Shown here one piece after another: positions 33,626 to 42,107 of a DNA stretch of 44,426 bases. A program made the translations under genes and the position numbers. Position 1 is the first letter of the stretch, and each line of letters starts with the position of its first letter. The notes beneath the pieces were generated by a model. It had not been told where the DNA came from. It saw nothing but the letters and a program-made list of their open reading frames with translations, and did no database searches. Source of the DNA: a virus (lineage: Duplodnaviria; Caudoviricetes); IMG/VR virus record IMGVR_UViG_3300022862_000008, positions 1-44,426 of that record; one strand, written 5' to 3'.

Positions 33626-33676
33626 AGCTCCATCGCCCCACGACACCCTCACAACGAGGCGGGGCTGGAGAACGAG

Positions 33677-34081
33677 ATGAGCCAGCAGTCGCAGCAGCGC
33701 TTCACCCAGACCCATGGCGGCGTGCTGACCGTCATCGATTCGACCACCGGCCTCGAGTGGATCGCCAAGCCGCTGACTGGCGAGTTCGAACACCAGAAAG
33801 CCATCGACGCTTGCGCCGCGCTGGACTTCGCCGGCCACAAGGATTGGCGCCTGCCGACCCGCGCCGAGCTGCTCACGCTGGTGGACATCACCCGCCACGA
33901 GCCGGCGATCGATACCGCCGCGTTCCCTGACTTCCCGAAGAGCGGCTGGTTCTGGACATCCGACCTGTGCGCCTGGTCTTCGGCGTCCGCGTGGTTCGTC
34001 TATTTCAGCTACGGCTGCGTCTACTGCAGCCCCCGCGACTACGGCGGGTTCGCGTTGGCCGTGCGTCGTGCCGGTCAGTAA
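33677..34081 (+). CDS. DGR target 1, DUF1566 (C-type lectin-like fold) protein, 134 aa
   Basis: VIDSTTGLEW, AGHKDWRLPT.AEL and WFWTS motifs; carries VR1. Confidence 0.92.
   Translation: MSQQSQQRFTQTHGGVLTVIDSTTGLEWIAKPLTGEFEHQKAIDACAALDFAGHKDWRLPTRAELLTLVDITRHEPAIDTAAFPDFPKSGWFWTSDLCAWSSASAWFVYFSYGCVYCSPRDYGGFALAVRRAGQ
33970..34075 (+). repeat. DGR variable region VR1
   Basis: 106-bp ungapped match to TR 39221-39326; 16 mismatches, all at TR adenines. Confidence 0.97.
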
Positions 34082-34109
34082 TTGGGCTTTCTGACATAGG
34101 GGTCACGAC

Positions 34110-34406
34110 ATGCCAGCCGACTACCAGATTGCCCGTAACGACGACGCTCCGGAGCAGAACGACGAGGCCTACCAGTTCGCCTGCGATCAGGTTGCAGCCG
34201 AGTTGGAGGCCAAGGCCGAAACCGCCGAGATGGTTTCGGCGCTGAGCGGATTTCGGCACGTCGTGCACTTCCTGATGTCGCAGAAGGTTCCGCCGCACCT
34301 GCTGCCTTATGCCCGTGACCTCGCTGAGTTGGTCCGCAACATCTCCGACCGCGTTGACGGGCAGATGCAGACGTTGACCAGCTCCGACATGAGGGACGCC
34401 GCATGA
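34110..34406 (+). CDS. Hypothetical early protein
   Basis: 98-aa ORF, ATGA-coupled to the next gene. Confidence 0.7.
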   Translation: MPADYQIARNDDAPEQNDEAYQFACDQVAAELEAKAETAEMVSALSGFRHVVHFLMSQKVPPHLLPYARDLAELVRNISDRVDGQMQTLTSSDMRDAA

Positions 34407-34588
34407 GGATCGTCGAGAAAACGAACCATCTGGGGCTCGCCATCGAGTACGTCGAGTTCGAGCCGGTCAATACCCCTCAGGTCCAGCAGGTGCGCGCAGA
34501 AATCGACCGCCGACTCGCCGCCATCAACGCCCGCCAGCCTGTCTCCCCTTCCACCGCTGCCGCCGCCTACGCCAGGAGCGCCGCATGA
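34403..34588 (+). CDS. Hypothetical early protein
   Basis: ATGA-coupled at both ends. Confidence 0.65.
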   Translation: MRIVEKTNHLGLAIEYVEFEPVNTPQVQQVRAEIDRRLAAINARQPVSPSTAAAAYARSAA

Positions 34589-34776
34589 ACACCTTCGAGA
34601 ACACCCGCTTCCGCCAGCTGGTCCAGAAGCGCGCTGAGAGCTTGGGTTACTGCCCGATGACTGTCCGCCAGATCGTTCGAGTTGCCGTTGCGACCGGTGT
34701 CGGCACGCTCGCGGCTCAGGCTCACCAGGTCGTGCCCTACCCGGCCAACTCGGCGACGCGCGGAGACGCGGCATGA
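34585..34776 (+). CDS. Hypothetical early protein
   Basis: AGGAG RBS; ATGA-coupled. Confidence 0.65.
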   Translation: MNTFENTRFRQLVQKRAESLGYCPMTVRQIVRVAVATGVGTLAAQAHQVVPYPANSATRGDAA

Positions 34777-34910
34777 CCCCCCAAACCGAACTGACGCGCC
34801 TCTTCGCCGACATCCCGAGGCCTGAGCCGCTGGCACCCATTGACCCGGTAGACGCCGACGAAGCAGTGAACGGCGTCTGCGCCCAAGGAGATAGCGAATG
34901 CGCCATTTGA
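34773..34910 (+). CDS. Small hypothetical protein (45 aa; not in the ORF track)
   Basis: MTPQTELTRLFADIPRP...; GGAG RBS; ATGA coupling. Confidence 0.5.
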   Translation: MTPQTELTRLFADIPRPEPLAPIDPVDADEAVNGVCAQGDSECAI

Positions 34911-35155
34911 CCGCTGCCTTCCTCTGCGCCCTGGTCGCCTCTTTCTGCGCCGCCGTGGTGCTGCGCGCCCTGATCACCAATGCCGACAGTTTCATTCTGA
35001 TCGGCGGTATCGGCGCCCTGTTCTTCGCCTACCGCTGCTGGGCCGAGGTGCGCCAGGCGTGGCCGGCCTTCACCCGCCACTTGGCTCACCGGCGCGCCAT
35101 GCGCCGCGCCGCCCCGCTGGTCCGCATCAATCTGCCCAAGGAAGACGTGCAATGA
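34898..35155 (+). CDS. Small membrane protein
   Basis: AAGGAG RBS; two TM helices and a basic tail. Confidence 0.7.
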   Translation: MRHLTAAFLCALVASFCAAVVLRALITNADSFILIGGIGALFFAYRCWAEVRQAWPAFTRHLAHRRAMRRAAPLVRINLPKEDVQ

Positions 35156-35964
35156 ATGACCTGACCAACCCGCAGGCCGCGATGGCGCAGCAGCCGCGCC
35201 AGCAGTTCGACCTCAGCCCGCAGACGTTCGAGCAGGCCCTGACGTTCGCCGACTACCTCGCCGACAGCGACCTGGTGCCGAAGGACTTCAAGGGTAAGCC
35301 CGCCAATTGCCTGATTGCGATGCAGTGGGGTGCAGAGCTGGGCCTGAAGCCGCTGCAGGCGCTCCAGAACCTCGCGATCATCAACGGACGCCCCGCACTG
35401 TGGGGTGATGCGGTGATCGCGTTGGTCCGCAGCTCGCCGCTGTGCGAGTACATCTCCGAGGCTGACGACGGCCACACCGCTGTCTGCCGGGTGAAGCGCC
35501 GCAGCGAAGCCGAGGAGGTCCGCACCTTCAGCATGGACGACGCCAAGGTGGCCGGCCTGCTCGGTAAAGCTGGGCCTTGGACGCAGTACCCGAAGCGCAT
35601 GCGCCAGATGCGCGCCCGGGCCTTTGCCCTGCGCGACGTGTTCCCGGACGTGCTGCGCGGCATGCCGATCGCTGAAGAGGTGATGGACATCCCGGCAGGA
35701 TCGGACCAGCCGCGCACGACGGCTGCGGTCACCGCCGACAAGGCGCTGCCGCTGTACTCGGAAGCGGACTTCGCAGCGAACCTGCCGAAGTGGTGGGACA
35801 TCATCGCCAGCGGCAAGAAGTCCGCCGAGGACCTGATCGCAACTCTGCAGACCAAGGCCCGATTCACGGCCGAGCAGCTGAAGGAGATCCGCAACCCGCC
35901 AACCGACGTTGACGAGGGCGATGTGGAGAACGACGACAACACCCATACCGGCGTGGAGAACTGA
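35152..35964 (+). CDS. RecT-like single-strand annealing protein
   Basis: LVPKDFKGKPANC...GAELGL.P.QALQN...INGRP and W.QYPKRM...RA.AFALRD.FPDVL.G motifs. Confidence 0.85.
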   Translation: MNDLTNPQAAMAQQPRQQFDLSPQTFEQALTFADYLADSDLVPKDFKGKPANCLIAMQWGAELGLKPLQALQNLAIINGRPALWGDAVIALVRSSPLCEYISEADDGHTAVCRVKRRSEAEEVRTFSMDDAKVAGLLGKAGPWTQYPKRMRQMRARAFALRDVFPDVLRGMPIAEEVMDIPAGSDQPRTTAAVTADKALPLYSEADFAANLPKWWDIIASGKKSAEDLIATLQTKARFTAEQLKEIRNPPTDVDEGDVENDDNTHTGVEN

Positions 35965-35966
35965 GC

Positions 35967-37655
35967 ATGAAGACCGTGAACCTGATCCAGGGGACGCCGG
36001 AATGGCATGCCCACCGCGCCAACCATTTCAACGCCAGCGATGCGCCGGCAATGATGGGCTGCAGCCCCTACAAGACCCGCAGCCAGCTGGTGCGCGAGCT
36101 TGCCGCTGGCACGTCCCAGGAGCATGACGCTGCGACGCTGCGGCGCTTCGCCGACGGGCACCGCTTCGAGGAACTGGCCCGGCCGCTGGCCGAGAGCATC
36201 ATCGGCGAGGAACTGTATCCCTGCGTCGGCGTCGACGGAAAGTTCTCGGCGAGCTTCGACGGCCTGACGCTGCTTGAGGACGTAGCTTTCGAGCACAAGT
36301 CGCTCAATGATGACCTGCGCGCGGCGATGCACGATGGCAACCACGACCTGCCGCTGCACTATCAGGTGCAGATGGAACACCAGGCCATGGTCAGCGGCGC
36401 CGAGCGCGTGCTGTTCATGGCTTCGAAGTGGAACGGCGACGACCTGGTCGAAGAGCACCACTGCTGGTACACGCCGAACCCCGAGCTGCGAGCGCGCATT
36501 GTCGCCGGCTGGGCCCAGCTGGAGGCCGACGTGGCTGCCTACGAGCCGGAGGCGCCTGCAGCGCCGGTCGCCGCCGGCCGCGCGCCGAATCAGATGCCGG
36601 CGCTCCGCATCGAAGTAACCGGCATGGTCACGGCATCGAACCTCGCCGAGTGGAAGGAGCGCGCAATTGCAGTGTTCCAGGGCATCAGTCAGGACCTGGT
36701 CACCGATCAGGACTTCGCCGACGCCGAGAAGACCGTGAAGTGGTGCGGTGACATCGAAAGCCAGCTGGCCGGTGCCAAGCAGCATGCCCTGAGCCAGACC
36801 GAGAGCATCGACCTGCTGTTCCGCACCATCGACGACATCAGCGAGCAGGCCCGGACCACCCGCCTGGCGCTGGACAAGCTGGTCACGAAGCGGAAGGAGG
36901 AGCGCCGCACCGAGATCGGCAACGCTGCGCGCCGCGCCGTGCAGGACCACGTACGGGCCATCAACGAGACGCTGGGCGAGCACGCGCTGCAGATGCCGGC
37001 GACGCTGATCCCTGACCTGCAGGCGGCCATGAAGGGGAAGCGCTCCCTCACCAGCATGCAGGACGCGGTCGATACGGTGGCGACGAACGCCAAGATCAGC
37101 GCCAGCCAGACCGCCGAGCGCCTCCGGGCAAACATGGCGATCTTGGCCGAGCACGCGGAGCACGCCACCCTCTTCGCCGACCGCGTGCAGCTGTGCGCCG
37201 ATAAGGCGCCGGATGATCTGCGGAACCTGGTCGCGGCGCGCGTCTCCGCGCACCAGCAGGCCGAGCAGAAGCGACTGGACGACGAGCGCGAAAAGATCCG
37301 CGCCGAAGAGGCGGAGAAGGCGCGCAAGGCAGCGGAGGTTCAGCAGGCCGTCGCTCAGCAGCCCGCAGCGCCGGCAACTGTGGCCGAGCCCGCCCAGCAA
37401 CCCTCAGCGCCCACGGCCGCGCCGGCAGCGGCTGCCGCGCCGCGAGCGGTTCCCAAACTCAAGCTGGGCGACATCAATGCTCGCATCGCGCCGCTGTCGA
37501 TCTCAGCTGACGGCCTCGCCCAACTTGGCTTTGCGCCGGTCAGCACCGAGCGCGGCGCGAAGCTCTATGACGGTGACCAGTTGCCGGCGATCTGCGAGCG
37601 GCTGATCAGCGTCCTGCGCACCGCAGCCGACACCAGCCTTCCCCTCGCTGCCTGA
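35967..37655 (+). CDS. YqaJ/lambda-exonuclease family protein with long coiled-coil extension
   Basis: QGTPEWH..R...ASDA, SASFDG, FEHK and HYQVQMEHQ motifs. Confidence 0.9.
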   Translation: MKTVNLIQGTPEWHAHRANHFNASDAPAMMGCSPYKTRSQLVRELAAGTSQEHDAATLRRFADGHRFEELARPLAESIIGEELYPCVGVDGKFSASFDGLTLLEDVAFEHKSLNDDLRAAMHDGNHDLPLHYQVQMEHQAMVSGAERVLFMASKWNGDDLVEEHHCWYTPNPELRARIVAGWAQLEADVAAYEPEAPAAPVAAGRAPNQMPALRIEVTGMVTASNLAEWKERAIAVFQGISQDLVTDQDFADAEKTVKWCGDIESQLAGAKQHALSQTESIDLLFRTIDDISEQARTTRLALDKLVTKRKEERRTEIGNAARRAVQDHVRAINETLGEHALQMPATLIPDLQAAMKGKRSLTSMQDAVDTVATNAKISASQTAERLRANMAILAEHAEHATLFADRVQLCADKAPDDLRNLVAARVSAHQQAEQKRLDDEREKIRAEEAEKARKAAEVQQAVAQQPAAPATVAEPAQQPSAPTAAPAAAAAPRAVPKLKLGDINARIAPLSISADGLAQLGFAPVSTERGAKLYDGDQLPAICERLISVLRTAADTSLPLAA

Positions 37656-37742
37656 CCCCCCCCTGCTGCCCGCTCCCCACGGGCAGCGACACCCGCGCCG
37701 GCCGGGTTCCCCAACGCAGGCACCCACACACAGGAGTCCAGC

Positions 37743-37928
37743 ATGAAAGGCCAGCTCGACATCTTCGACCATGACCCGGCCCGGTTGGCGGCCAAGCATC
37801 GCGAGGCGGCGCAACACGCTTTGGGTGCTGGCGATCAGGGCTATTTCACCGCCCGTGAGCGCTACGAGTTCCTGACGGCCGAGGCCGAGCGCCTGGAGCG
37901 TCAGGCCGGGATCAGGGTAGCCGCATGA
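37743..37928 (+). CDS. Hypothetical protein
   Basis: AGGAG RBS; QLDIF motif near the N-terminus. Confidence 0.65.
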   Translation: MKGQLDIFDHDPARLAAKHREAAQHALGAGDQGYFTARERYEFLTAEAERLERQAGIRVAA

Positions 37929-38254
37929 GCAACCGGCATCCCTTCGTCTGTCCGAAATCGCCGATCGGCCGGCCGATCCATTACCCGCGCGACGTGCGCA
38001 CCGTCCGCGACCACCTCCGCCGGCACCTGCGCGAGGAAGGCCAGCAGATGCAGCACCTGGCCGCAGCGTGGGGCGTCTCGAAGCACACGGTCTATGCGCT
38101 GTTCAACGTGGACCGGCCGCTGCCGCCGCAGCACGTCGAGGCATCCATCGCCCACCTGGGCCTGGACGACTTCGACGCCAACGAATTGAGGCTGCTGGCT
38201 GCCCGCGAGGCCGGCTGGCAGATCGACCCGAAGTACCTGATCACCACCCCGTAA
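37925..38254 (+). CDS. HTH-like hypothetical protein
   Basis: QHLAAAWGVSKHTVYALF HTH-like segment. Confidence 0.65.
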   Translation: MSNRHPFVCPKSPIGRPIHYPRDVRTVRDHLRRHLREEGQQMQHLAAAWGVSKHTVYALFNVDRPLPPQHVEASIAHLGLDDFDANELRLLAAREAGWQIDPKYLITTP

Positions 38255-38270
38255 CCACCAGGAGCACCAC

Positions 38271-38696
38271 ATGAGCAACCCGAAGTTCATCAAGATCGGC
38301 GCCGATGGCGCGCAGCTTCCCGACGACGCCACCGGCCATGTCGCCGTCTTCCTGCCCGACCACGGCCTCACCTTCAGCGCCACCAGCGTCGTGGACAGCG
38401 ACGTGCCGCATGAGGAATGCGAGGCCGCGTGCAAGGCGCTGACGCTGGCTGGCCACAGCGACTGGGACCTGCCGACCATCGAAGAGCTGCAGCTGCTCAT
38501 CGACCGAAGCCGCTACAGCCCGGCTATCAACACCGACTTCTTCCAGGACATCCAGAACGACTGGTACTGGACGAATACCCCGGCCGCCTGGTCTTCGGCG
38601 TCCGCGTGGTTCGTCGATTTCGGCTACGGCAGCGTCAGCGGCTACCGCCGCTGCGCCGACGGGTTCGCGTTGGCCGTGCGTCGTGCCGGTCAGTGA
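38271..38696 (+). CDS. DGR target 2, DUF1566 protein, 141 aa
   Basis: AGHSDWDLPTIEEL, PAIN...F and WYWT motifs; carries VR2. Confidence 0.93.
   Translation: MSNPKFIKIGADGAQLPDDATGHVAVFLPDHGLTFSATSVVDSDVPHEECEAACKALTLAGHSDWDLPTIEELQLLIDRSRYSPAINTDFFQDIQNDWYWTNTPAAWSSASAWFVDFGYGSVSGYRRCADGFALAVRRAGQ
38581..38690 (+). repeat. DGR variable region VR2
   Basis: 110-bp ungapped match to TR 39217-39326; 17 mismatches, all at TR adenines. Confidence 0.97.
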
Positions 38697-38721
38697 TTTG
38701 ATTCTCTGCTGAGGCATATCG

Positions 38722-39162
38722 ATGAATTCCCGCTTCCAGCTCCCGCCCATCCTCAAAGCGTGCGAACGGCTCCTGCTCGAAATTGAGCAGGCCGTCCGGC
38801 AGTTCCCGCGCTACCACCGCTACATGATCGGGTCGGACCTGCGCCGCCAGATGATGTCGGTGAACAGCACCGCGAACCGTGCGTGGCGTGACCGCGCCAG
38901 CCAGCCGAAGTGGGTCGGGCAGCTGGTGTGGGAAATCGATGACCTCAAGCAGCATCTGCAGGCCGCCAAACTGTTCCAGGCGTTCCGCAGCTTCCGGCAG
39001 TTCGAGATGCTGATCCGCCTGGCTGAAGAGCTCGGCGCGCAGGCCGGCGGTTGGCGCCGTCGGCTGGCAAACCCCCAAGCCCAGAATGCGCAAGCCAATG
39101 GCGTCGCGCAGCGTGGCCAGAAACTGAGTACCCGTGTCGCCTCTGAGGGGGCCAATTCATGA
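38722..39162 (+). CDS. avd: DGR accessory variability determinant (four-helix bundle)
   Basis: FPRYHRY.IG.DLR and G.Q.GGW motifs; located between VR and TR. Confidence 0.9.
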   Translation: MNSRFQLPPILKACERLLLEIEQAVRQFPRYHRYMIGSDLRRQMMSVNSTANRAWRDRASQPKWVGQLVWEIDDLKQHLQAAKLFQAFRSFRQFEMLIRLAEELGAQAGGWRRRLANPQAQNAQANGVAQRGQKLSTRVASEGANS

Positions 39163-40520
39163 CGAAGCTTCGCTACCAGCACGGATGCGCTGACGGGTCG
39201 AAAGTACATGGGGAGGCGGCCGCCTGGTCTTCGGCGTCCGCGTGGAACGTCAATTTCAACAACGGCAACGTCAACAACAACCACCGCAACAACAACGGGT
39301 TCGCGTTGGCCGTGCGTCGTGCCGGTGAGTTTCAGGGGGAAGTCTCGCTGCAGGATTTGTACCGGGCATGGCGGCGCGCGCGCCGCCAGAAGGTCCCCAG
39401 TTTCAACCAGCTCCGTTTCGACGGGCGTTGGTCCGATGGGCTGCTGCGGCTCGAACGTGAGCTGGTCGGCGGCACCTGGTCGCCGCGCCCGTCCACCTGC
39501 TTTATCGCCACCCGGCCCAAGGCGCGCGAGATCCACGCGCCGGACTTCGCCGACCGCGTGGTGCACCACTGGCTGGTCCCGCAGCTGGAGGCACTGTGGG
39601 AGCCGACCTTCATCCATGACAGCTACGCCAACCGTAAGGGCCGCGGCAGCCACGCCGCCGTCCGCAGGGCTCAGGAATTCAGCCGGCAAGTGCACTCGGG
39701 CCAGGGTGGCGGCTACTACCTGCAGCTGGACGTGGCCAACTTCTTCAACAGCATCCATCGACCGACGCTGTGGGGGATGCTCCGCAAGCGCATGCAGCGC
39801 CGCGGGCTTTCCGCTACGGCGCAGAAGGCCACGCATGCCCTGATCCGCCGGTCGCCGCTGCATGCCGGCGTCCACTACCGCGCCACCGACGCCGAGTTGG
39901 CGCAGGTCCCACCCCACAAGCGGCTGGTCAACGCTCCGGCCGGGCGCGGCTTGCCGATCGGCAACCTGTCCAGCCAGTTCTTCGCAAACGTCTATCTGGA
40001 CGCCCTCGACCAGTTCGTGAAGCACGAGCTCAAGGCAGCGCGCTACCTGCGCTACGTCGATGACTTCGTGCTATTCCACCACGACCGCGAGCAGCTGGCG
40101 GCCTGGCGCGACCAGATCGAGGCCTTCCTGGCCGACCGCCTGGGGCTGCGCCTCAAGGCTGAGCAGCACCTGCGCCGGTTGACCGATGGCATCGACTTCC
40201 TAGGCTACGTGATCTACCCCACGCATACCCTCGCCCGTCAGCGGGTAGTCGGCCACGTACGGCAGGCTCTCGCTGAATGGGAAGGCGTGCACGTCGAGGG
40301 CAACAAGCTGCACGGGCGCCCGTCGGCATTCCGTGACCTTCGCACGCGGCTTGCCAGCTACCAGGGCCACCTGCGGCACGCGAACAGCCACCACCTACTG
40401 GCCTCGCTGCACCACCGCTTCCCGTGGCTGGACTGCGCTGCCACGCCGCGGCGCTTCAGCCATCGAGCCGAGCGCCAGACCATTTCCATTGATTTCAGGA
40501 AGGAGCCGACGAATGGCTGA
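39159..40520 (+). CDS. DGR reverse transcriptase (TR lies in frame within its 5' end)
   Basis: K.REI.AP.F.DRVVHH, LDVANFF.SI, GLPIGNLSSQFFANVYL, RYVDDF and GIDFLGY motifs; DGR-type LxSQ. Confidence 0.96.
   Translation: MTKLRYQHGCADGSKVHGEAAAWSSASAWNVNFNNGNVNNNHRNNNGFALAVRRAGEFQGEVSLQDLYRAWRRARRQKVPSFNQLRFDGRWSDGLLRLERELVGGTWSPRPSTCFIATRPKAREIHAPDFADRVVHHWLVPQLEALWEPTFIHDSYANRKGRGSHAAVRRAQEFSRQVHSGQGGGYYLQLDVANFFNSIHRPTLWGMLRKRMQRRGLSATAQKATHALIRRSPLHAGVHYRATDAELAQVPPHKRLVNAPAGRGLPIGNLSSQFFANVYLDALDQFVKHELKAARYLRYVDDFVLFHHDREQLAAWRDQIEAFLADRLGLRLKAEQHLRRLTDGIDFLGYVIYPTHTLARQRVVGHVRQALAEWEGVHVEGNKLHGRPSAFRDLRTRLASYQGHLRHANSHHLLASLHHRFPWLDCAATPRRFSHRAERQTISIDFRKEPTNG
39217..39326 (+). repeat. 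DGR template region (TR)
   Basis: 11 AAY codons plus one CAC, 23 adenines; matches both VRs. Confidence 0.97.
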
Positions 40521-41097
40521 TATCGAACAGCAGGCCCGCGCCCCCGCCAGCGTGCTGGATCCGTGCTGCGGCAGCCGGATGATGTGGTTCGACCCGGCTG
40601 ATCAGCGCGGCCTGTTCGGCGACCAGCGGCACGAGACCATTACGGTGATCGACCGCACGCACCGCGCTGATGGAACCCGCGTCCTGTCCATCCATCCGGA
40701 TTGCCTCATGGACTTCCGGGCGCTGCCTTTCGCAGACGAGTCGTTCCCGCTGGTCGTGTTCGATCCGCCCCACCTGGTGCGCGCCGGCAAGGAAAGCTGG
40801 CTGGCCGCCAAGTACGGCAAGCTCGGTGCCAACTGGCGCGACGACCTTCGCGCTGGCTTTTCCGAGTGCTTCCGTGTGCTCCGCCCCGAGGGTGTGCTGG
40901 TCTTCAAATGGTCGGAGGTGCAGGTGGCCACTCGTGACGTGCTGGCCCTCACCGACCGCCGTCCGTTGTTCGGGCATCCCTCGGGAAAGCGGGCAGGCAC
41001 CCACTGGATCACCTTCATGAAGGAATCAGTGTCCACCACCCTGGCTACCGTCAAGCCGCCGCGTAACCGGCGCACCAGGCTGCGGGAGGATGTGTAA
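40513..41097 (+). CDS. SAM-dependent methyltransferase (probable DNA amino-MTase)
   Basis: VLDPCCGSRMMWF motif I, VVFDPPH motif IV-like, ECFRVLRPEG. Confidence 0.85.
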   Translation: MADIEQQARAPASVLDPCCGSRMMWFDPADQRGLFGDQRHETITVIDRTHRADGTRVLSIHPDCLMDFRALPFADESFPLVVFDPPHLVRAGKESWLAAKYGKLGANWRDDLRAGFSECFRVLRPEGVLVFKWSEVQVATRDVLALTDRRPLFGHPSGKRAGTHWITFMKESVSTTLATVKPPRNRRTRLREDV

Positions 41098-41630
41098 TGG
41101 CCGGTGCGTTACATGACGAGATCGTCGCAGCATCCGTCCGCTGGCTACGCCGCAACGGGTGCGCCGCGATCCTGTGCGACCCGTTCAAGGCCGGTCCCCG
41201 TGAACAGCCCGACGCCATCGGCTGGCGTGATGGGATATCGCTGGTCGTGGAGGTGAAGGCCAGTCGCTCTGACTTCCTTGCCGACGCCAAGAAGCCGCAC
41301 CGCATCGATCCGGCGGACGCCGTTGGCGACTGGCGCTTCTATGCGGCACCGGCCGTGGTGGTCAAAGTCGAGGACCTGCCGGCCGGATGGGGATTGCTGG
41401 AATGGGACGGGCGCTGCCTGAAGCCTTCGCATGGCGTGCCGCTCGGCAACTGCAACTGGCACAGCGCGCCGTTCCGCGACACGGCGAACAAACGCGCCGA
41501 AACCCAGCTGCTGGTCTCCGCAATCCACCGGCCTGAGTTCGTGCCGCGCCGTGGCGCAAGGCTACGCCCCGGGATCCATTTCGAAGCGTGGGCGGCTCAT
41601 CTGGCAGAACCGGCGGTGGCCAGTGGCTGA
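41097..41630 (+). CDS. PD-(D/E)XK nuclease-like protein (MmcB-like)
   Basis: PDAIGW...VEVKASRSDFLAD.KK...LP.GWGL motifs. Confidence 0.75.
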   Translation: MAGALHDEIVAASVRWLRRNGCAAILCDPFKAGPREQPDAIGWRDGISLVVEVKASRSDFLADAKKPHRIDPADAVGDWRFYAAPAVVVKVEDLPAGWGLLEWDGRCLKPSHGVPLGNCNWHSAPFRDTANKRAETQLLVSAIHRPEFVPRRGARLRPGIHFEAWAAHLAEPAVASG

Positions 41631-41811
41631 TCCCATCACCCAGGCCAAGCACACAGCGCGCGTGCTGATCAGCGAGGCCCGCGCCCGGCGGCTCGTGGGC
41701 CACGGCTTCTGGTGCATGTTCCGCATGGCCCAGTCCGCCCGCCTCCGTGCTGCCACCCTTCCCCGCCCGGCGCCGCCGGCTCTTCCCATCCAACCGGAGC
41801 TGTTCGCTTGA
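41623..41811 (+). CDS. Hypothetical protein
   Basis: GTG start MADPITQAKHTARVLISEARARR; QPELF ending. Confidence 0.55.
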   Translation: MADPITQAKHTARVLISEARARRLVGHGFWCMFRMAQSARLRAATLPRPAPPALPIQPELFA

Positions 41812-41813
41812 AC

Positions 41814-42107
41814 ATGACCCCATCACTTGGCCTGGGAGCCTTGGCGTTCTCGACCACCATGGAAGTCCCGCACATCGCCAAGCGTGAGAGGCCTCTGGCT
41901 CAGCACGACTATGCGGACTACGGCTGCGTCCGCTCGGTCATGGAATTCATGAAGTGGGCGCACGAACAGGACCGCTTCCCGACGGTTCCGGCTGTGCAGA
42001 ACCGATTCAACGTCAGCAAGGCAACGGCGTACAGATGGACCAACGCCCTTGCTGAGACGTACGGCATCGACCCGCCGGTTCGCTCCGGCCCAGGCATCTT
42101 CGAATGA
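41814..42107 (+). CDS. HTH protein (start uncertain)
   Basis: PTVPAVQNRFNVSKATAYRW HTH. Confidence 0.65.
   Translation: MTPSLGLGALAFSTTMEVPHIAKRERPLAQHDYADYGCVRSVMEFMKWAHEQDRFPTVPAVQNRFNVSKATAYRWTNALAETYGIDPPVRSGPGIFE

Noticed and set aside
35253-37400. 715-aa minus-strand ORF, and similar long antisense ORFs at 10164-11672, 20406-21572, 25024-26679 and 38820-40025
   Set aside because: Antisense to well-supported genes, with no motifs or RBS
37665-37715. Hairpins after the exonuclease gene as terminator or antitermination RNA
   Set aside because: GCTGCCCG/CGGGCAGC stem is present but has no U-tract and no second copy to support a function
39159-40520. RT as group II intron, retron or Abi RT
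   Set aside because: avd, TR/VR pairs and the LxSQ motif identify a DGR; no maturase/endonuclease domain seen
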